Below, one piece after another: positions 41,020 through 53,756 of a stretch of 64,000 bases of DNA (its first letter is position 1; every line of letters begins with the position of its first letter). Both the position numbers and the translations under genes were made by a program. Under the pieces are notes generated by a model, which made no database searches, had not been told where the DNA came from, and saw nothing but the letters and a program-made list of their open reading frames with translations. Origin of the DNA: Mytilus trossulus (taxonomy: Eukaryota); the NCBI RefSeq assembly GCF_036588685.1, contig NC_086377.1, forward strand, positions 63,860,001 to 63,924,000, given 5' to 3'.

Positions 41020-41690
41020 CCACGAAGAATGTCGTCAAAGTTATGCAAGACATCAGACACAACAGCACTTAGACTTTACACAAAGTGATTCTCATGATAG
41101 CAGTGAAAATCCCTTCCTTGGAAAAAATCTAGATGGAATCACACATTGCCAGTGGTGTGGTCATGGTATTGTGGAGATTAAATGTCCATATAAACACAAA
41201 TGCTATACTTTTGAACGTGCTGCAGCAACTTGCTCCACTTTCTGTCTTGACAAAACCTTGCATTTGACAACTAAACATATATATTTTACACAGATACAGT
41301 TCAAGATGTATATTGTGAAAGTAAATTACAGTGACTTTGTTGTTTATACGAAATGTAAGCTGTTACCTAGTTTAGTTATTCGCGTGCTAATAGACACCTA
41401 CAATTAATCTGCAATTAAATGAAAGTAAAATGTAACAGGTTTATCGAAGACTACCTTGTGAAAGAAAAATAATTACCCGAGACCTTGAAAACCAACCTGC
41501 CATAACTTCAACTACAAAAGATGACAACAACAACAACGTGACAGAAACATGATACCTTTGTTCTGAACCAGAATATGAATGTATGATCAAATGTGAAAAC
41601 ATAGAATGTCCATATCAATGGTTTCACTACAAGTGCGTGAACATCAGACGTAAGCCAAGAGGAAAGGTGTACTACTTGAACACTGAACAT
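41020..41690 (+). pseudogene. YqaJ/lambda-exonuclease-like + PHD-finger remnant (ISL2EU/Harbinger-type transposon accessory gene)
   Basis: PFLG..DG..C..CG.GIVEIKCPY..YFTQIQ..SDFVVYT, followed by a degenerate CPYQWFHYKCV..PRGK. Confidence 0.6.
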
Positions 41691-41782
41691 CAGACCTTTT
41701 GATAATGACAATAAGACTGACATTATAATGAGACTTAAATAGACATTCTCTAATTCTATTTCATATATATTAATATAAATTA

Positions 41783-42607
41783 TTATTTGTTGGTTGTTTA
41801 ACGTCCAGTGAAAAATAATGCATGCATGTTCAAGACGAGAACAAGTTAACAATAAATACAATAGGTAGGTCTGGTCTCAATAAAGGCCATTCGGGATGAT
41901 GGTCGGGGAAATTTGGACTGCCACAGGAAAATGAGGGTATTTTGGATAGGGAGAGAAATTTTGCCTTGCAACAGGCCACCGACGAACCCCTCAAAGAGTT
42001 GTTACAAGAGTTCTTAACGTGCAAGGAGCGTGGTACTCTCTTTACATCAGGCATCGTATTTAACGTCCACAGTCTGACCAGACGTGACTGCAACTTTGAT
42101 ACATCCCGGACAGCCAAACGGACGCCCCACTTCGGCAAGCGTTTAACTGCCGGTAGGGAAAAGACCAAGTGACCATTCTTCTATTTGTACACGGACAGAA
42201 AGTCACAGGACATAAAGTCACAAATAATTTGTTGACAATTGTTTGAATATATATATATATATAAGAGAAATAATTACTTTTTAATACATATATTCATATC
42301 GAAGATTAGGAAATGTGTCATAATACTTGAATCAATATTTATTTAATTTTTAATCATGCAAAATATATATTTCTTGGCACGATAAAGCCATTTAAGTGCC
42401 AAGCCACTTTGACTTTTAGTGTTTTTTTAACAATTATTTGATAAATTGTGTTAAAAAAGTTGGTTTACATACAGTAGTTCAAGAAAAACACATAAATGTT
42501 TTTGTAGAAATAAGCGGTTTTTCTTCAAATAATTAATCAGAAAAACTGAATTGTGACTTTTGTCTGTGACTTTCTGTCCTACATTCCTTCTATTCCTCAG
42601 TCACCCT
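41783..42607 (-). mobile_element. SINE copy interrupted by a MITE
   Basis: Same family body 41783-42185, resuming at 42587-42607. Confidence 0.8.
42186..42586. mobile_element. MITE with subterminal inverted repeats and 8-bp TSD
   Basis: GGACAGAAAGTCACAG / CTGTGACTTTCTGTCC; TSD CTTCTATT at 42178-42185 and 42587-42594. Confidence 0.8.
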
Positions 42608-43736
42608 TTTCATGATTAAATTTTAACATTTTTCATTTATCAAGGCTTATGAACATTTGCTTATCTTAAAGATAAATATATGTTACAAACAGACAATCTT
42701 TCTCTCATATATTCAAGCATTTGTCAGCAAATTGTTTCAGACTTTTTGTCCCATCGGTGTATGTACGATTATTACTAACAACGTCAAAATCTTTTTGTTT
42801 TTGTTAGCCAGAATGTTGTGCAACTCGATGAACATGATTGTGAACTGTAAAACATGCAATAAATATTTTTAAATTATTTGAGATATTATATCCTATTCTG
42901 TGTGACTTTAAAACTGTTTGTATATTTTGTCTGTTATTAACAGTTGGACGGCAACCACCTTTCAGATTTTGCGAAATACTAACAGCAACAAAATTATTTT
43001 TATTCACCTGTATGAGCGTGTAAATATTATTCAGCTATAGTTTGTATGAAATAACGATATAGTCAATTAAGTGTATCTGTATTTTGCAGTCGTTGTTCAT
43101 AATCTCGAAATACTTAAAAGGAGATGCGAGAATGAATTTTCAAAATGTAAAATATGAACTATATTCATCATTTAATCATCCTGTTAATCATGTATACAAA
43201 GCCTACTTTGTAATATTAAAAAGTCGAATAAGTTAAAAATCCTATATACATCCAGCTACCAAAATATTTTAAATACCTGTTCACACATGATGTACGCGGA
43301 CAGATTTTCTATACCAACATATTTGGGCGATTGCCTCTCTTCACCTAGATGTACAGTACGTATTAAAAACGAATCGCTACATTTAATCAAGTTCCAAACG
43401 AACTTATATCCCTTCAGGTGCCCAAATTAGTGTATATCGTACTTTGAACTTTGTCATACAGGAAAGTAAAATAATTTTGTCGCTATATATATCTAGGTGA
43501 ACGACAAAGTAAAACTACATGCCGGTTTATACGAAATGTGTATCTAAGTATTTGAGTGATTGCAAATATTTTAAACAGCACTAGACTATTTTAAAGAAAA
43601 TCTAGATAGCGCTGTATTTACTGTTATTAACTATTAAGGCACGGAAATCATCGTTCTTAGTGAAGTTAAGGAAGTATGTCCAATGACTAAATGCGATACC
43701 TTTCTGTGAAAATAATTTTGTCGCTGTACTGTTAGC

Positions 43737-44392
43737 TAGAGGTTCTAAAGAGCCTGTATCGCTCACCTGGCTCAACTAGGGTTTTTGAATCATATATATA
43801 AAATGGCTACGAAGTAACAACACTTGATCACCACCTTATTAAGAAAAGAACATTCATGCTATGTTTGATTTCATTCAATTCAGTGGTTCTATTATGACAC
43901 GACCTATTTATTGTAATTATTTTACTTCAACTTGTTCTCGTCCTGAGTATGCATAAACTATTTGCCACTGGACATTAAGCAACCAACAATCAATCAATCC
44001 ATTCAGTGGTTCTCTTAAAGATGACATCTGCATGTATTTCCCATTGGGTCCTTTGTTAAACTAAGTCCCCACTGGCTCCCATCTTGGATGATGGATCGGC
44101 TACATAGAAACAACACTTGGTCAGCACCTCATAAGGAACATTCATGCAATGTTTAGATTTATTCCATTTAGTGGTTCTCTTAAAGAGGTCATTTGTATGC
44201 ATTTCCCACAGGGTCGTATGTTAAACTAAGTCCCCCACTGGCGGCCATCGTTGATGATTAATCGGCTACAAACATTTGGTCAGCATCTCATAAGGAACAT
44301 TCATGCCATGTTTTGTTTCATTGCAATCAGTGGTTCTATAGGAAGTTCAAAATGTAAAATGTTAACGACGACGATGGGCCAGGTGAGCTTTA
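43737..44392 (-). mobile_element. HINE-like element with ~170-bp tandem units; contains a SINE 3' fragment (43891-44000, TSD ATTCAGTGGTTCT)
   Basis: Ends AGAGGTTCTAAAGAGCCTGTATCGCTCACCTGG and GGGCCAGGTGAGCT; units GTTAAACTAAGTCCCC..GATCGGCTAC. Confidence 0.75.
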
Positions 44393-45155
44393 AAGGATCT
44401 ATCCCTAGTATTTTGCAGTCGTTGTTCATAATCTCGAAATACTTAAAAGGAGCTAGGTTTGTTTGGTTTTTTTTTGTCCATATAGTGTAGTATATATATA
44501 TTTTAATAGTAAAACAGTAACAACAAATATATCAAAATTATCAAATTGAATTTATTATGTTCATTTTTACTCAACATTGAAAGCTAACAAATGATAGATA
44601 TAGTTTAATCTTCACCTTGTTTAGGAATTAAAAGTTAAAACAATTATTCTTCTTGCATCTCCTAATGTACATTTTAAATTTATATAATACTTGTATATTA
44701 AAACAATAAAGTAGCACTGAAAATAATAGAGATTTTTTGAAATATTACATTATAATGTTAGTCACCAATCGCACACAGTTTACAATTATTACATTATACA
44801 TTTCACTTATGCTGTAAACGATATAATTAATTAATAAATATATTACATTCTTCACAAGAGGACTAGGTCTAATAAGTTCTGTACATGTTATGAAAAAATT
44901 AAATTCATCTTCCACCTCTTTATGGCATTATACATCCTATTTTATAAAGCTGTTTTGTTGTTGACTATGGTAAATATTGGCAAAATTGATATTTTATACA
45001 AAGGAAAATATGGAAAAGATTACATGTGTTTTTATTTTTGATTTAATTTGATAGAATGAATAGCAAAATGCAACTGCATAATACGAGTTTATCTCCCATG
45101 TTTTTTTCTGTATCTGGAAGAATAAATTTTTAACAAGTTCATATATATTTCATCT

Positions 45156-46044
45156 TGTCAATGCTCCATTACAATGCGAAAACTATTAGACAACTATTAA
45201 AATAAAAAAAAAATAATCATAAAGAAAACAAACAACAATGTATTTCAATTATTAAAAGCCTTCAAAAGGTCCTTAATACCTCCTAATATCTTCGATGGTT
45301 TAAATTATTTTCCTTTATGAAATAATCATCAGGTTTTGAGATGAAAGTGCTAAAACAAACACCTTCCTAATTATGTGTCTTACTTTCCGTAAAAAGATTA
45401 CTTTTTTCTTATTTACTAATGGGTAACATGACTGCTGTATTTCGTTGATCGTTACAGCCAGCTAAGTCTATGTAGTCTGATATTTCTTCATGAATACATT
45501 TGCCGCCATTGAAGATCAGAACAAATGTACCCCTTCTTGTTATAAATAGTTGGTGCGTCATGTGGTAAATTTTCTACCACCGAAGTCCCACAAACTTTCC
45601 ATTTCGCATTTGTCTTTATAGTTTTCAAAACAATTGAAATCAGAATGGACAAGTCTGTCAATGCTCCATTACAATGCGAAAACTATTAGTCAACTATTAA
45701 AATAAAATAAACAACTAAATTAATCATTAAGAAAACAACCAACAATGTATTTCAATTATTAAAAGCCTTAAAAATGTCCTAAATACCTGCTGATATCTTT
45801 GCCTGTTTAAATTATTTTCCTTTATAAAATAATCATCAGGTTTTGAGGTGAAAGTGCTCAAACACCTTCTTAATAAAGTGTCTTATTTTCTGTAAAAAGA
45901 TGCCCTTTTTCTTATTTACTAATGGGTAACATGACTGCTGTATTCCGTTGATCGTTACAGTCAGGTAAGTCTATGTAGTCTGATATTTCTTCACAAAAAC
46001 TTTGCCGCCATTAAAAATTAGAACAAATGTACCCCTACTTGTTA
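45156..46044. repeat. Direct duplication with ~500-bp period (45156-45543 and 45656-46044)
   Basis: TGTCAATGCTCCATTACAATGCGAAAACTATTAG..AGAACAAATGTACCCC occurs twice. Confidence 0.85.
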
Positions 46045-46445
46045 TACGTTTTACTGCCGGTCGGGAGAATATCAAGTGACCATATTTCTACATCACCCTT
46101 GGGGTATCAACTACATGTATTAAAATATACAAAATATTTAATTCACAAAATTAAATCAATTTGAAAAAGTCCCAATATTTTAATAACTTTCCTTTATAAT
46201 ATAACCATCATGTATTATTTTAAACTGCTCAAAAACTAAAGACTAAGTAACACTAACCCCATCTAAAACCGGGGGTGATCTCGTGTGCTTCGGAAGGGTA
46301 TTCAGATCTTTAAACTGTTCTTACCCCAATTGTCTCATTTGCCTTTTCCCTTGTTTTAGGTGGCTCCGGACGTGTAGATGACCCAGCCTGGACACATTTC
46401 TCATTTTCCTCCTGCATTAAACAGTTGTAAAAATCTTTTAACATT

Positions 46446-47048
46446 TGTTACGGCCAGAAATCGCCTTTAAATTGTAGCCAACAAAAGACACAAATCAATA
46501 CTAAAATTTAACAATATTTATTATACAAAAGTTTACAAGAAGTATTTTACAAATATTACTATTAACTTAACTGTCAAAATATGAGTCCACTCCTATATCT
46601 GTATCTGTATCCGGAAATCTTTCGGAATCCAATCTGAATATTATGTTCACTACTAAGGTCACAATCCAGTATGATGTTGTTTGTAGAATAAAAGTGTCAA
46701 TCCAAATGCCGTGAATACTAATGTCTATCAATGTCTAAGTATAAGTTTAATTCTAATTAGGAGAGTTTAACTTTAGTGTCTGTATATATATATAGTTGTC
46801 ACGGAAAACTCTCAAACATTCTATAAATGGAAAGTTCTAGAGAACTATAACGGAGGTTTCTGGAATAACGTAGAAGTTTAAATTACGCATCTTTTATAAG
46901 GATCATTCTAGAAAGTTCCAATCATTCTGTGATTGTTCCAGTGATTCCTAAACTGCACAGTTATAAGATTATTTAGTAAACAACTATCAGGCCATACAAC
47001 ACTAATTAGGCCAATATAAATAAACTTAATAATTACAATATCATTACA
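46446..47048. mobile_element. Solo LTR (Gypsy-like)
   Basis: TGTTA...TTACA ends with 4-bp TSD CATT at 46442-46445 and 47049-47052. Confidence 0.7.
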
Positions 47049-47193
47049 CATTAAATATAGAAAAACACACTGAAATGTCCTTTATGTTTTCAGAGGTCTG
47101 TGCAGTAAACAGAGGTTTCCGTCAATATAAAAAAGATGTGGTATGATTGCCAATGAGACAACTATCCACAAAAGACCAAAATGACACAAACAT

Positions 47194-50100
47194 TTTGGCA
47201 ATTCCAATGATTGCTTTATATAGTCTACAACACCAGACAAAATATCTTTATTGGGATTTAGAATAGTTTTAAGTTTATTGTGTTGATATAAATTTTGAAA
47301 ATATACACGCCCATCACTTCATACTGCATCGTGTTTAACATTATAAAAAAAATATATACGCAGAAATTAAACACCGGAAAGTCATCGAAATTATTTTAGT
47401 CTTTCTGGAAATGTCTTAATTTAGGTTTTATTTTTACCAGACCTTTGAATACAAAAGTACTAGTTTTTTCTTTGTGATGTATGATGTTAGCATACACAAC
47501 TGTAGATAATTATGCAAAATAAGGAAGCATCTTATCATAAATCAATATGCTACCTGCTATCAAATACATGTTAAAACAACGATTTTTTTTAGTACAAAAA
47601 TATGATATTCAAGATTTCAGCTTAAAACAAGGTCATTAGTGAGAATATACATGTGGTCGCTTACCTGTTTAGATAATCTTAATCTGTTTTAATACAAAAC
47701 ATATGATTTTCAAGATTTTGGCTTAAAACTGGAGGTGTTAATACCTGTGGTATCTTACCTGTTTAGATAATCCCGGTCATTAACGAGTTGTGTGCCTAGT
47801 AAATATCACATTGGTTCTCTGCGAGATATTCGAAAACAACAAATATGGTATCATGCAGTGTTAAACTATTCAGACATCACAATCAATTGAATTGTAGCTA
47901 AATCTGAGTATTCATCTTCGTCTTTTTGATTCGTAATGCTTTTTATATCATCATTAAAAGTCACGGACTAAGTAATTTGTAAGCTACCTGCAAAAAGTGA
48001 AATCACAAAAATACTGAACTCAGAGCAAAATCAATTTGAAAAGTCCATAATCACATGGCAAAATCAAAATACAAACAAAACGCATCAAAAACGAATGGAC
48101 AAGAACTGTCATATTCCTGACTTGGTACAGGCATTTTCAAATGTAGAAAATGGTGGATTAAACCTGGTTCTTTAGCGCTAACCCTCTCACTTTAATAACA
48201 GTCTCATCAAATTCCGTTACATTTACATGATGCGTTAAATAAACAGTCACAATCAATAAAATAGTCAAAATATGGGAACATCAGTCATCATCGTATAACA
48301 ATTTAACAGGACACAACAACATCTACTATTACGAACACATGGATTGATTTGAGTGTCTGACGTCAGAAAAATTATATACGTCACATAAATTTGTCGTTCA
48401 ATGTGCATACAATAGTTATCAAAAGTACCTGGATAATAAACAATTTTAAATTTTACATAGGCAATGAGTGCAGACAGGGTTAAAAAATCAAAAGTATGTA
48501 AGAATAAATTACAGAAATCAAACTAGTCCAAAAGTTATACATAGAATTTATGAGAATCCAAAACTTTTAAAAGGAACAATTTAACAGGACACAAAAACCT
48601 ATCCACGAACACATGGATCTACTTGAGTGTCCGACGTCAGAAAAATTATATACGTCACATAAATTTGTCGTTCAATGTGCATACAAACAATTTTAAAATT
48701 TACATAGGCAATGTACGCATACAGGGTTAAAAAATCAAAAGTATGTAAGAATAAATTACAGAAATAGACCGAGATTCAAACTAGTCCAAAAATTATACAA
48801 AGAATATATGAAAATCCAAAACTTTTTAAAGGGAACAATTTAACAGGACACAATAACATCTACTGTCTAAGAACACATGGATTGATTATATAGTCGCCAC
48901 CGAAAAAAGAAAACAATGTTCAATGTTGGAATCCACATATGTGGACAATGACGCTATATTAGAAAGTATCTTATCTAAAGGCGAGGAGACATAACTTTAT
49001 TGCTAAAAACATGAAACCCTGACGGGTTAAAATTCAAACATAGTACATTGTATACACAAGTGACATGAAACATAATACATTATAAATGTTTTAAACAAGT
49101 GAAGTTGATTATATATACAATTGACCAATGTGGACCTTATTTTGGCAATTCCAATGATTGCTTTATATAGTCTACAACACCAGACAAAATATATTTATTG
49201 GGATTTAGAATAGTTTTAAGTTTATAGTGTTGATATAAATTTTGAAAATATACACGCACATCACTTCATACTGCATCGTGTTTATCATTATCAAAAAAAA
49301 ATATATGCAGAAATAAAACACCGGAAAGTCATCGAAATTATTTTAGTCTTTCTGGAAATGTCTTAATTTAGGTTTTATTTTTACCAGACCTTTGTATACA
49401 AAAGTACTAGTTTTTCTTTGTGATGTCATTTAACATACAATTGCTTTAATTTTCCAGCAAATGATACCTTGTTAGAATATGTGAACACGGTGACTCCCAT
49501 GTCAAAATATTGATTAAAGATATTTTGCTTTACACTCAAGTTTGTAATTTACATGTTGGAAGCTTATCAGTGTTAGAGAAAAAAGATACAAAAACACTTT
49601 TATTTATTTATATGTCCAAAGCTCTTTTCTGGATACATTACATATAATAGAGACGAAAGAAAAGGAAGGCAAACGAAGAAACCAAAAGAATACCTGTCAT
49701 CATGTGCAAATACATAATTGATAAGAGAATGAATAATAAGATTACAAAATATTTGTCCGATATCTTTTCTTTCCAGGTATAAAAATATGATATTCAAGAT
49801 TTCAGCTCAGCAAAGGATGAGATTATCTACCTGTGGTGTTATCTTTATAAATAATCCCTATTGATATAATGATTCGTGGTATATTGCACGTATAACTATT
49901 GCGAATCAACACATGTAACCTACAATAGATCACGGTTCATGAAGTTCAAATTCAGAACAAAATGTTATATTCATCCCTTTTCAAATGAATCTGTTTACAT
50001 TTTCGAATCGTAATGTTTGGGGGAAAAGTTTCGGTAAATACCAATTTTCGATTATTTGAAAATTCTTTAGAACCGCTGCCAGAAAGTACTAACAACTTAT

Positions 50101-51365
50101 GATGTAGGAATACCAAATTTGTAGGAAAAGAGGCAACATAGAAACGTATCATATTAAATGCCTATATTGACAGTTGTTAAACTAAGGTCTCAAATTACTC
50201 GAACAAACTTAACATTTGATTGATTATACTAATGTTCTTGTCGTATAGCTATGAAAACGTTTCGGTTCTTATACATTATACATAAAACATTTCGGAACAT
50301 GAAATTATTCATCATGTTTTCATTTTCAACAAAGCGAAACTTCCTGATTTATATGTCTATCCTGTTACAAAGATATTTTCAACTTAGACAAGAAGTGATA
50401 AAGTACCTGTGATTTTTGTATATAACACGTGAAGTGATAACCTGATCTTTATAATAACAAGATTTTTAGTCAACTGCATGTTCAACCTTTAACTGCTTTC
50501 CCAATGATTGGATTTTTTTTAATTTTCTCGAAAGGGCTTTTATCATATTCCCTTCTGGAAACAAATATATTAGATGGTGGAACTTTGAATATATGCAGGT
50601 TGAAAAAAAATAATGTATAATAATATTTACTTTACATTTGTATCGAATAATATCGATCATGAATAATGGTTAAATATCAATCATTTAAATCAATATAATA
50701 AGAAGATGCATCAAATAAATATCTATAAGTTCTAATTTTTAGTTACATCCACTAAAAAAAGAATAAATAACGTATGATGTAAGAATACACAACTGTAGAT
50801 AATTATGCAAAATTAGGAAGCATCTTATCATAAATCAATATGATACCTGCTATCAAATACATGTTAAAACAACGATTTTTTTTTAGTACAAAAATATGAT
50901 ATTCAAGATTTCAGCTTAAAACAAGGTCACTAGTGAGAATATACATGTGGTCGCTTACCTGTTTAGATAATCTTAATCTGTTTTAATACAAAACTTATGA
51001 TTTTCAAGATTTTGGCTTAAAACTGGAGGTGTTAATACCTGTGGTATCTTACCTGTTTAGATAATCCCGGTCATTAACGAGTTGTGTGCCTAGTATATAG
51101 CACGTTGGTTCTCATTCTATCAGACCTTTGCCTACAAAAGTACTAGCCTTTCTTTTTAATGTCATTCAACATATAATTGCTTTAATTATCTAGCAAAGGA
51201 TACCTTGTAAGAATATGTGAACACGGTGACTCCCATGTCAAAATATTGATTAAAGGTATTTCGCTATACACTTAAGTTTGTAATTTACACGTTGGAAGCT
51301 TATCAGTGTAAGAGAAAAAGATATGAAAAACAACACGTTTATTGATTCATAGGTCCAAAGCTGTT
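47194..51365. repeat. Mosaic of local duplications (47194-47480~49140-49427; 47475-47818~50773-51113; 49384-49625~51121-51365; ~275-bp tandem 48298-48885)
   Basis: Long near-identical blocks seen directly. Confidence 0.85.
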
Positions 51366-51525
51366 AGTAGTATATATTGTGTGGCAGCAGCAAATATTTT
51401 TGCCACGTTGACAAAAATTTTGCCCCCGTCAGCAAAAATTGCATAATATATTTGTTGGATAATATCAAAATATTGATTTTTAATTTGTAAAATATAAAAG
51501 AATGTTTTTATTTTTTTTTTCACTG

Positions 51526-51706
51526 CATTAAACAATTTTAATGCATTACCAATCAATTTAACATTGTTGATATGCTGGATATGGAAGTAGTAAAAGTAAA
51601 TTGAACATTTAAAAAAAAATTTCATTTCATTAAACAATTTAACGCATTACCAATCATTTAAATTGTTGATATGCTGGATATGGAAGTAGTAAAAGGAACA
51701 TTTAAA
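51526..51706 (+). repeat. ~100-bp direct duplication in the Polinton left terminal region
   Basis: CATTAAACAATTT..ATTGTTGATATGCTGGATATGGAAGTAGTAAAAG at 51526 and 51628. Confidence 0.85.
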
Positions 51707-51757
51707 ACGATTTGAGAGCTTTAATTTGATAAAAGTTTAATTGGTAAATATAATAAT

Positions 51758-51799
51758 TAACCCTAACCCTAACCCTAACCCTAACCCTAACCCTAACCC
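51758..51799 (-). repeat. Perfect telomeric tract (TAACCC)7, i.e. TTAGGG repeats on the minus strand
   Basis: Seven exact hexamers. Confidence 0.97.
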
Positions 51800-51818
51800 A
51801 AACAAAAATATCATACAT

Positions 51819-51824
51819 TATAAA
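51819..51824 (+). promoter_or_regulatory. Putative TATA box of the INT/structural gene block
   Basis: TATAAA starts 28 bp before ATG 51847; the AT-rich context lowers specificity. Confidence 0.4.
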
Positions 51825-51846
51825 TTATTATTATTATTAATAAAAC

Positions 51847-52203
51847 ATGGATGAGATAGAATCATGTGAAAATATAGCCAGACTTGATAACATATTCGAT
51901 ATAATATATGCAAAGTCAGTTTTTGACATTCTGAAGAAGGAAAATCAAGTGGAACACATAAGTGGAGGAAATGCATGGGATTTTTTTTATCAAGTAGAAA
52001 CAGATAAAGTGTACACCGATTTTGTTAATTTAGTCAGACAATCAAATATTCCAGATAATGTGAGAGTCTACTATCAACTTACATTTTTACAATCAACAGA
52101 TTGGAAAAATACTATATTGAAAACACCGCACAGAGCATCTCGCATAATAGATAAAGTTGAAAAAATGATAGATTTGGAACCTATTTTTAACAATGGAAAA
52201 TGA
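51847..52203 (+). CDS. Polinton ORF1, 118-aa protein of unknown function
   Basis: Good ATG context (AACATGG); overlaps the integrase start by 11 bp. Confidence 0.7.
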   Translation: MDEIESCENIARLDNIFDIIYAKSVFDILKKENQVEHISGGNAWDFFYQVETDKVYTDFVNLVRQSNIPDNVRVYYQLTFLQSTDWKNTILKTPHRASRIIDKVEKMIDLEPIFNNGK

Positions 52204-53347
52204 TGATTTAGATGAAAAACTTAGGAATGTATATTACAATACAGCAAATGGGGGAGCATACCTAAGTGCTGAAAAAATTTATCAAACGTTGAAGACATCA
52301 AGAGATGGAAATGTACCAAGCGTATACAAGATCAGGAAATGGATGGAAAAAATAGACGACTACAATTTACAAAAACCTGTAAAACGTAGAATTAAAAGAG
52401 TGAAAATAATTGTATCGGAACCGTATGAGCAATACGATGCTGACCTTATGGATGTATCCAACATACAGAAATATAACAATAAGACACGTTTCCTGTTGGT
52501 TGTTATCGATATTTTCACACGGTTTTTATGGATTTATCCATTAAAAAACAAGTTTGGGAAGACAGTAGCTGATGCATTTGAAAAAATCTTCAAACATGGT
52601 AAAATCCCTTTGAAGGTTTCCACAGATGCGGGAACTGAATTCAAAAACAAAGATTTGAAACGTGTGTTTAAAAAATATGACATTTACCATCATGTCTATT
52701 TAAATTCCGACAGTAGTAAAGCGTCAATAGCAGAGAGGGTCAATTTGACATTTCGGAGGATGATGTTCCGATATTTTACAAAGCATAGAACTTATAGCTA
52801 TCTCAATGTTCTACAAAATTTGGTAGCAAGTTATAATGCAACGCCACATAGAAGTTTAAATAATACAGCTCCAAAAGATGTGAATGAGAAAAACAAATAT
52901 GATTTGTGGGCATATATGTATATTAAAACTCCACCCAAAGAAAAACGAATCAGAGAAAAGAAAGAAACATTAAAAGTACAACGTAAAAGAGGGAAACAGT
53001 TTCATTTTAAAATCAATGACATGGTAAGACTGAGCCATTTGAAGAAACCGTTTCAAAGAGCTTATCAGCAACAGTGGACCTCCGAAATATTTAAAATATA
53101 TAGACGATTTCTAATACATGGGAAAATCTTTTATAAAGTACAAGATTTTTTGGACAAGGAAGTTGTAGGCAATTTCAATTATACAGAGTTGCAGCGTGTG
53201 AAAAAGGAGGCTGACGCATTGTGGTTTGTTGAGAAAGTGCTTAAATGGCGAAGGCGGAATGGTCAACGTGAGGGTTATGTAAAATTCCAGGATTGGGATA
53301 AACGTTTTTGTCAGTGGATTCCTGAGAGAGATATTGTTGACTTATAA
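52193..53347 (+). CDS. Retroviral-like (rve/DDE) integrase with C-terminal chromodomain
   Basis: YDADLMD / STDAGTEF / IAERVN catalytic triad, YNATPHRSL, chromodomain VEKVLKWRRRNGQREGYVKFQDWDKRFCQWIP. Confidence 0.95.
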   Translation: MENDDLDEKLRNVYYNTANGGAYLSAEKIYQTLKTSRDGNVPSVYKIRKWMEKIDDYNLQKPVKRRIKRVKIIVSEPYEQYDADLMDVSNIQKYNNKTRFLLVVIDIFTRFLWIYPLKNKFGKTVADAFEKIFKHGKIPLKVSTDAGTEFKNKDLKRVFKKYDIYHHVYLNSDSSKASIAERVNLTFRRMMFRYFTKHRTYSYLNVLQNLVASYNATPHRSLNNTAPKDVNEKNKYDLWAYMYIKTPPKEKRIREKKETLKVQRKRGKQFHFKINDMVRLSHLKKPFQRAYQQQWTSEIFKIYRRFLIHGKIFYKVQDFLDKEVVGNFNYTELQRVKKEADALWFVEKVLKWRRRNGQREGYVKFQDWDKRFCQWIPERDIVDL

Positions 53348-53348
53348 A

Positions 53349-53756
53349 ATGAGCTTTTACATGGTCATTAACAGTAACAAAAATTTAGACATTTACCCAC
53401 ATAACAGACCACACAAATTCCGTACATATCTTCAGACGCCAATAGTGATGAAATCAAAATGGAAAGTCGCATTAGTTGATATTAAATTATCATCAAATAA
53501 TGATCTATATATATATGCAAACATATGCGGTGATGTAATAGTCGATGGTAACAAACAACCCTTATTGAAGCGAATATGTTGCTGCTCTCAAACTGAATAC
53601 TACCACTTTGATCAACTTGCATACATTCCAGTGGTGAAAAGTGAAATAAGAGACATTGAATTCTTTATTACTGACATGCAAGGGAGTCATGCATCATTTT
53701 TAAAAAATCCAGTGTCGATTACACTGCACTTCAGGTCGTATCCATACTTTGCATGA
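53349..53756 (+). CDS. Minor capsid protein (penton, single jelly roll), compact
   Basis: MSFYMVINSN..YPHN..F..L..WKVALVDI..LYIYANIC..PLLKRI..YIPV..IEFFITD..ITLHFR matches the Polinton penton pattern. Confidence 0.85.
   Translation: MSFYMVINSNKNLDIYPHNRPHKFRTYLQTPIVMKSKWKVALVDIKLSSNNDLYIYANICGDVIVDGNKQPLLKRICCCSQTEYYHFDQLAYIPVVKSEIRDIEFFITDMQGSHASFLKNPVSITLHFRSYPYFA

Noticed and set aside
7873-51366. Functional linkage between the cGLR and the Polinton as a defence island
   Set aside because: The cGLR is a pseudogene ~42 kb away, separated by unrelated transposons; there is no sequence evidence of linkage.
51586-51690. Internal AGTAGT hexamers as the element terminus
   Set aside because: Host-repeat homology breaks at 51366, not here.
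51758-51799. True chromosome end or telomere fusion
   Set aside because: Only 42 bp, single orientation, and embedded ~390 bp inside the element.
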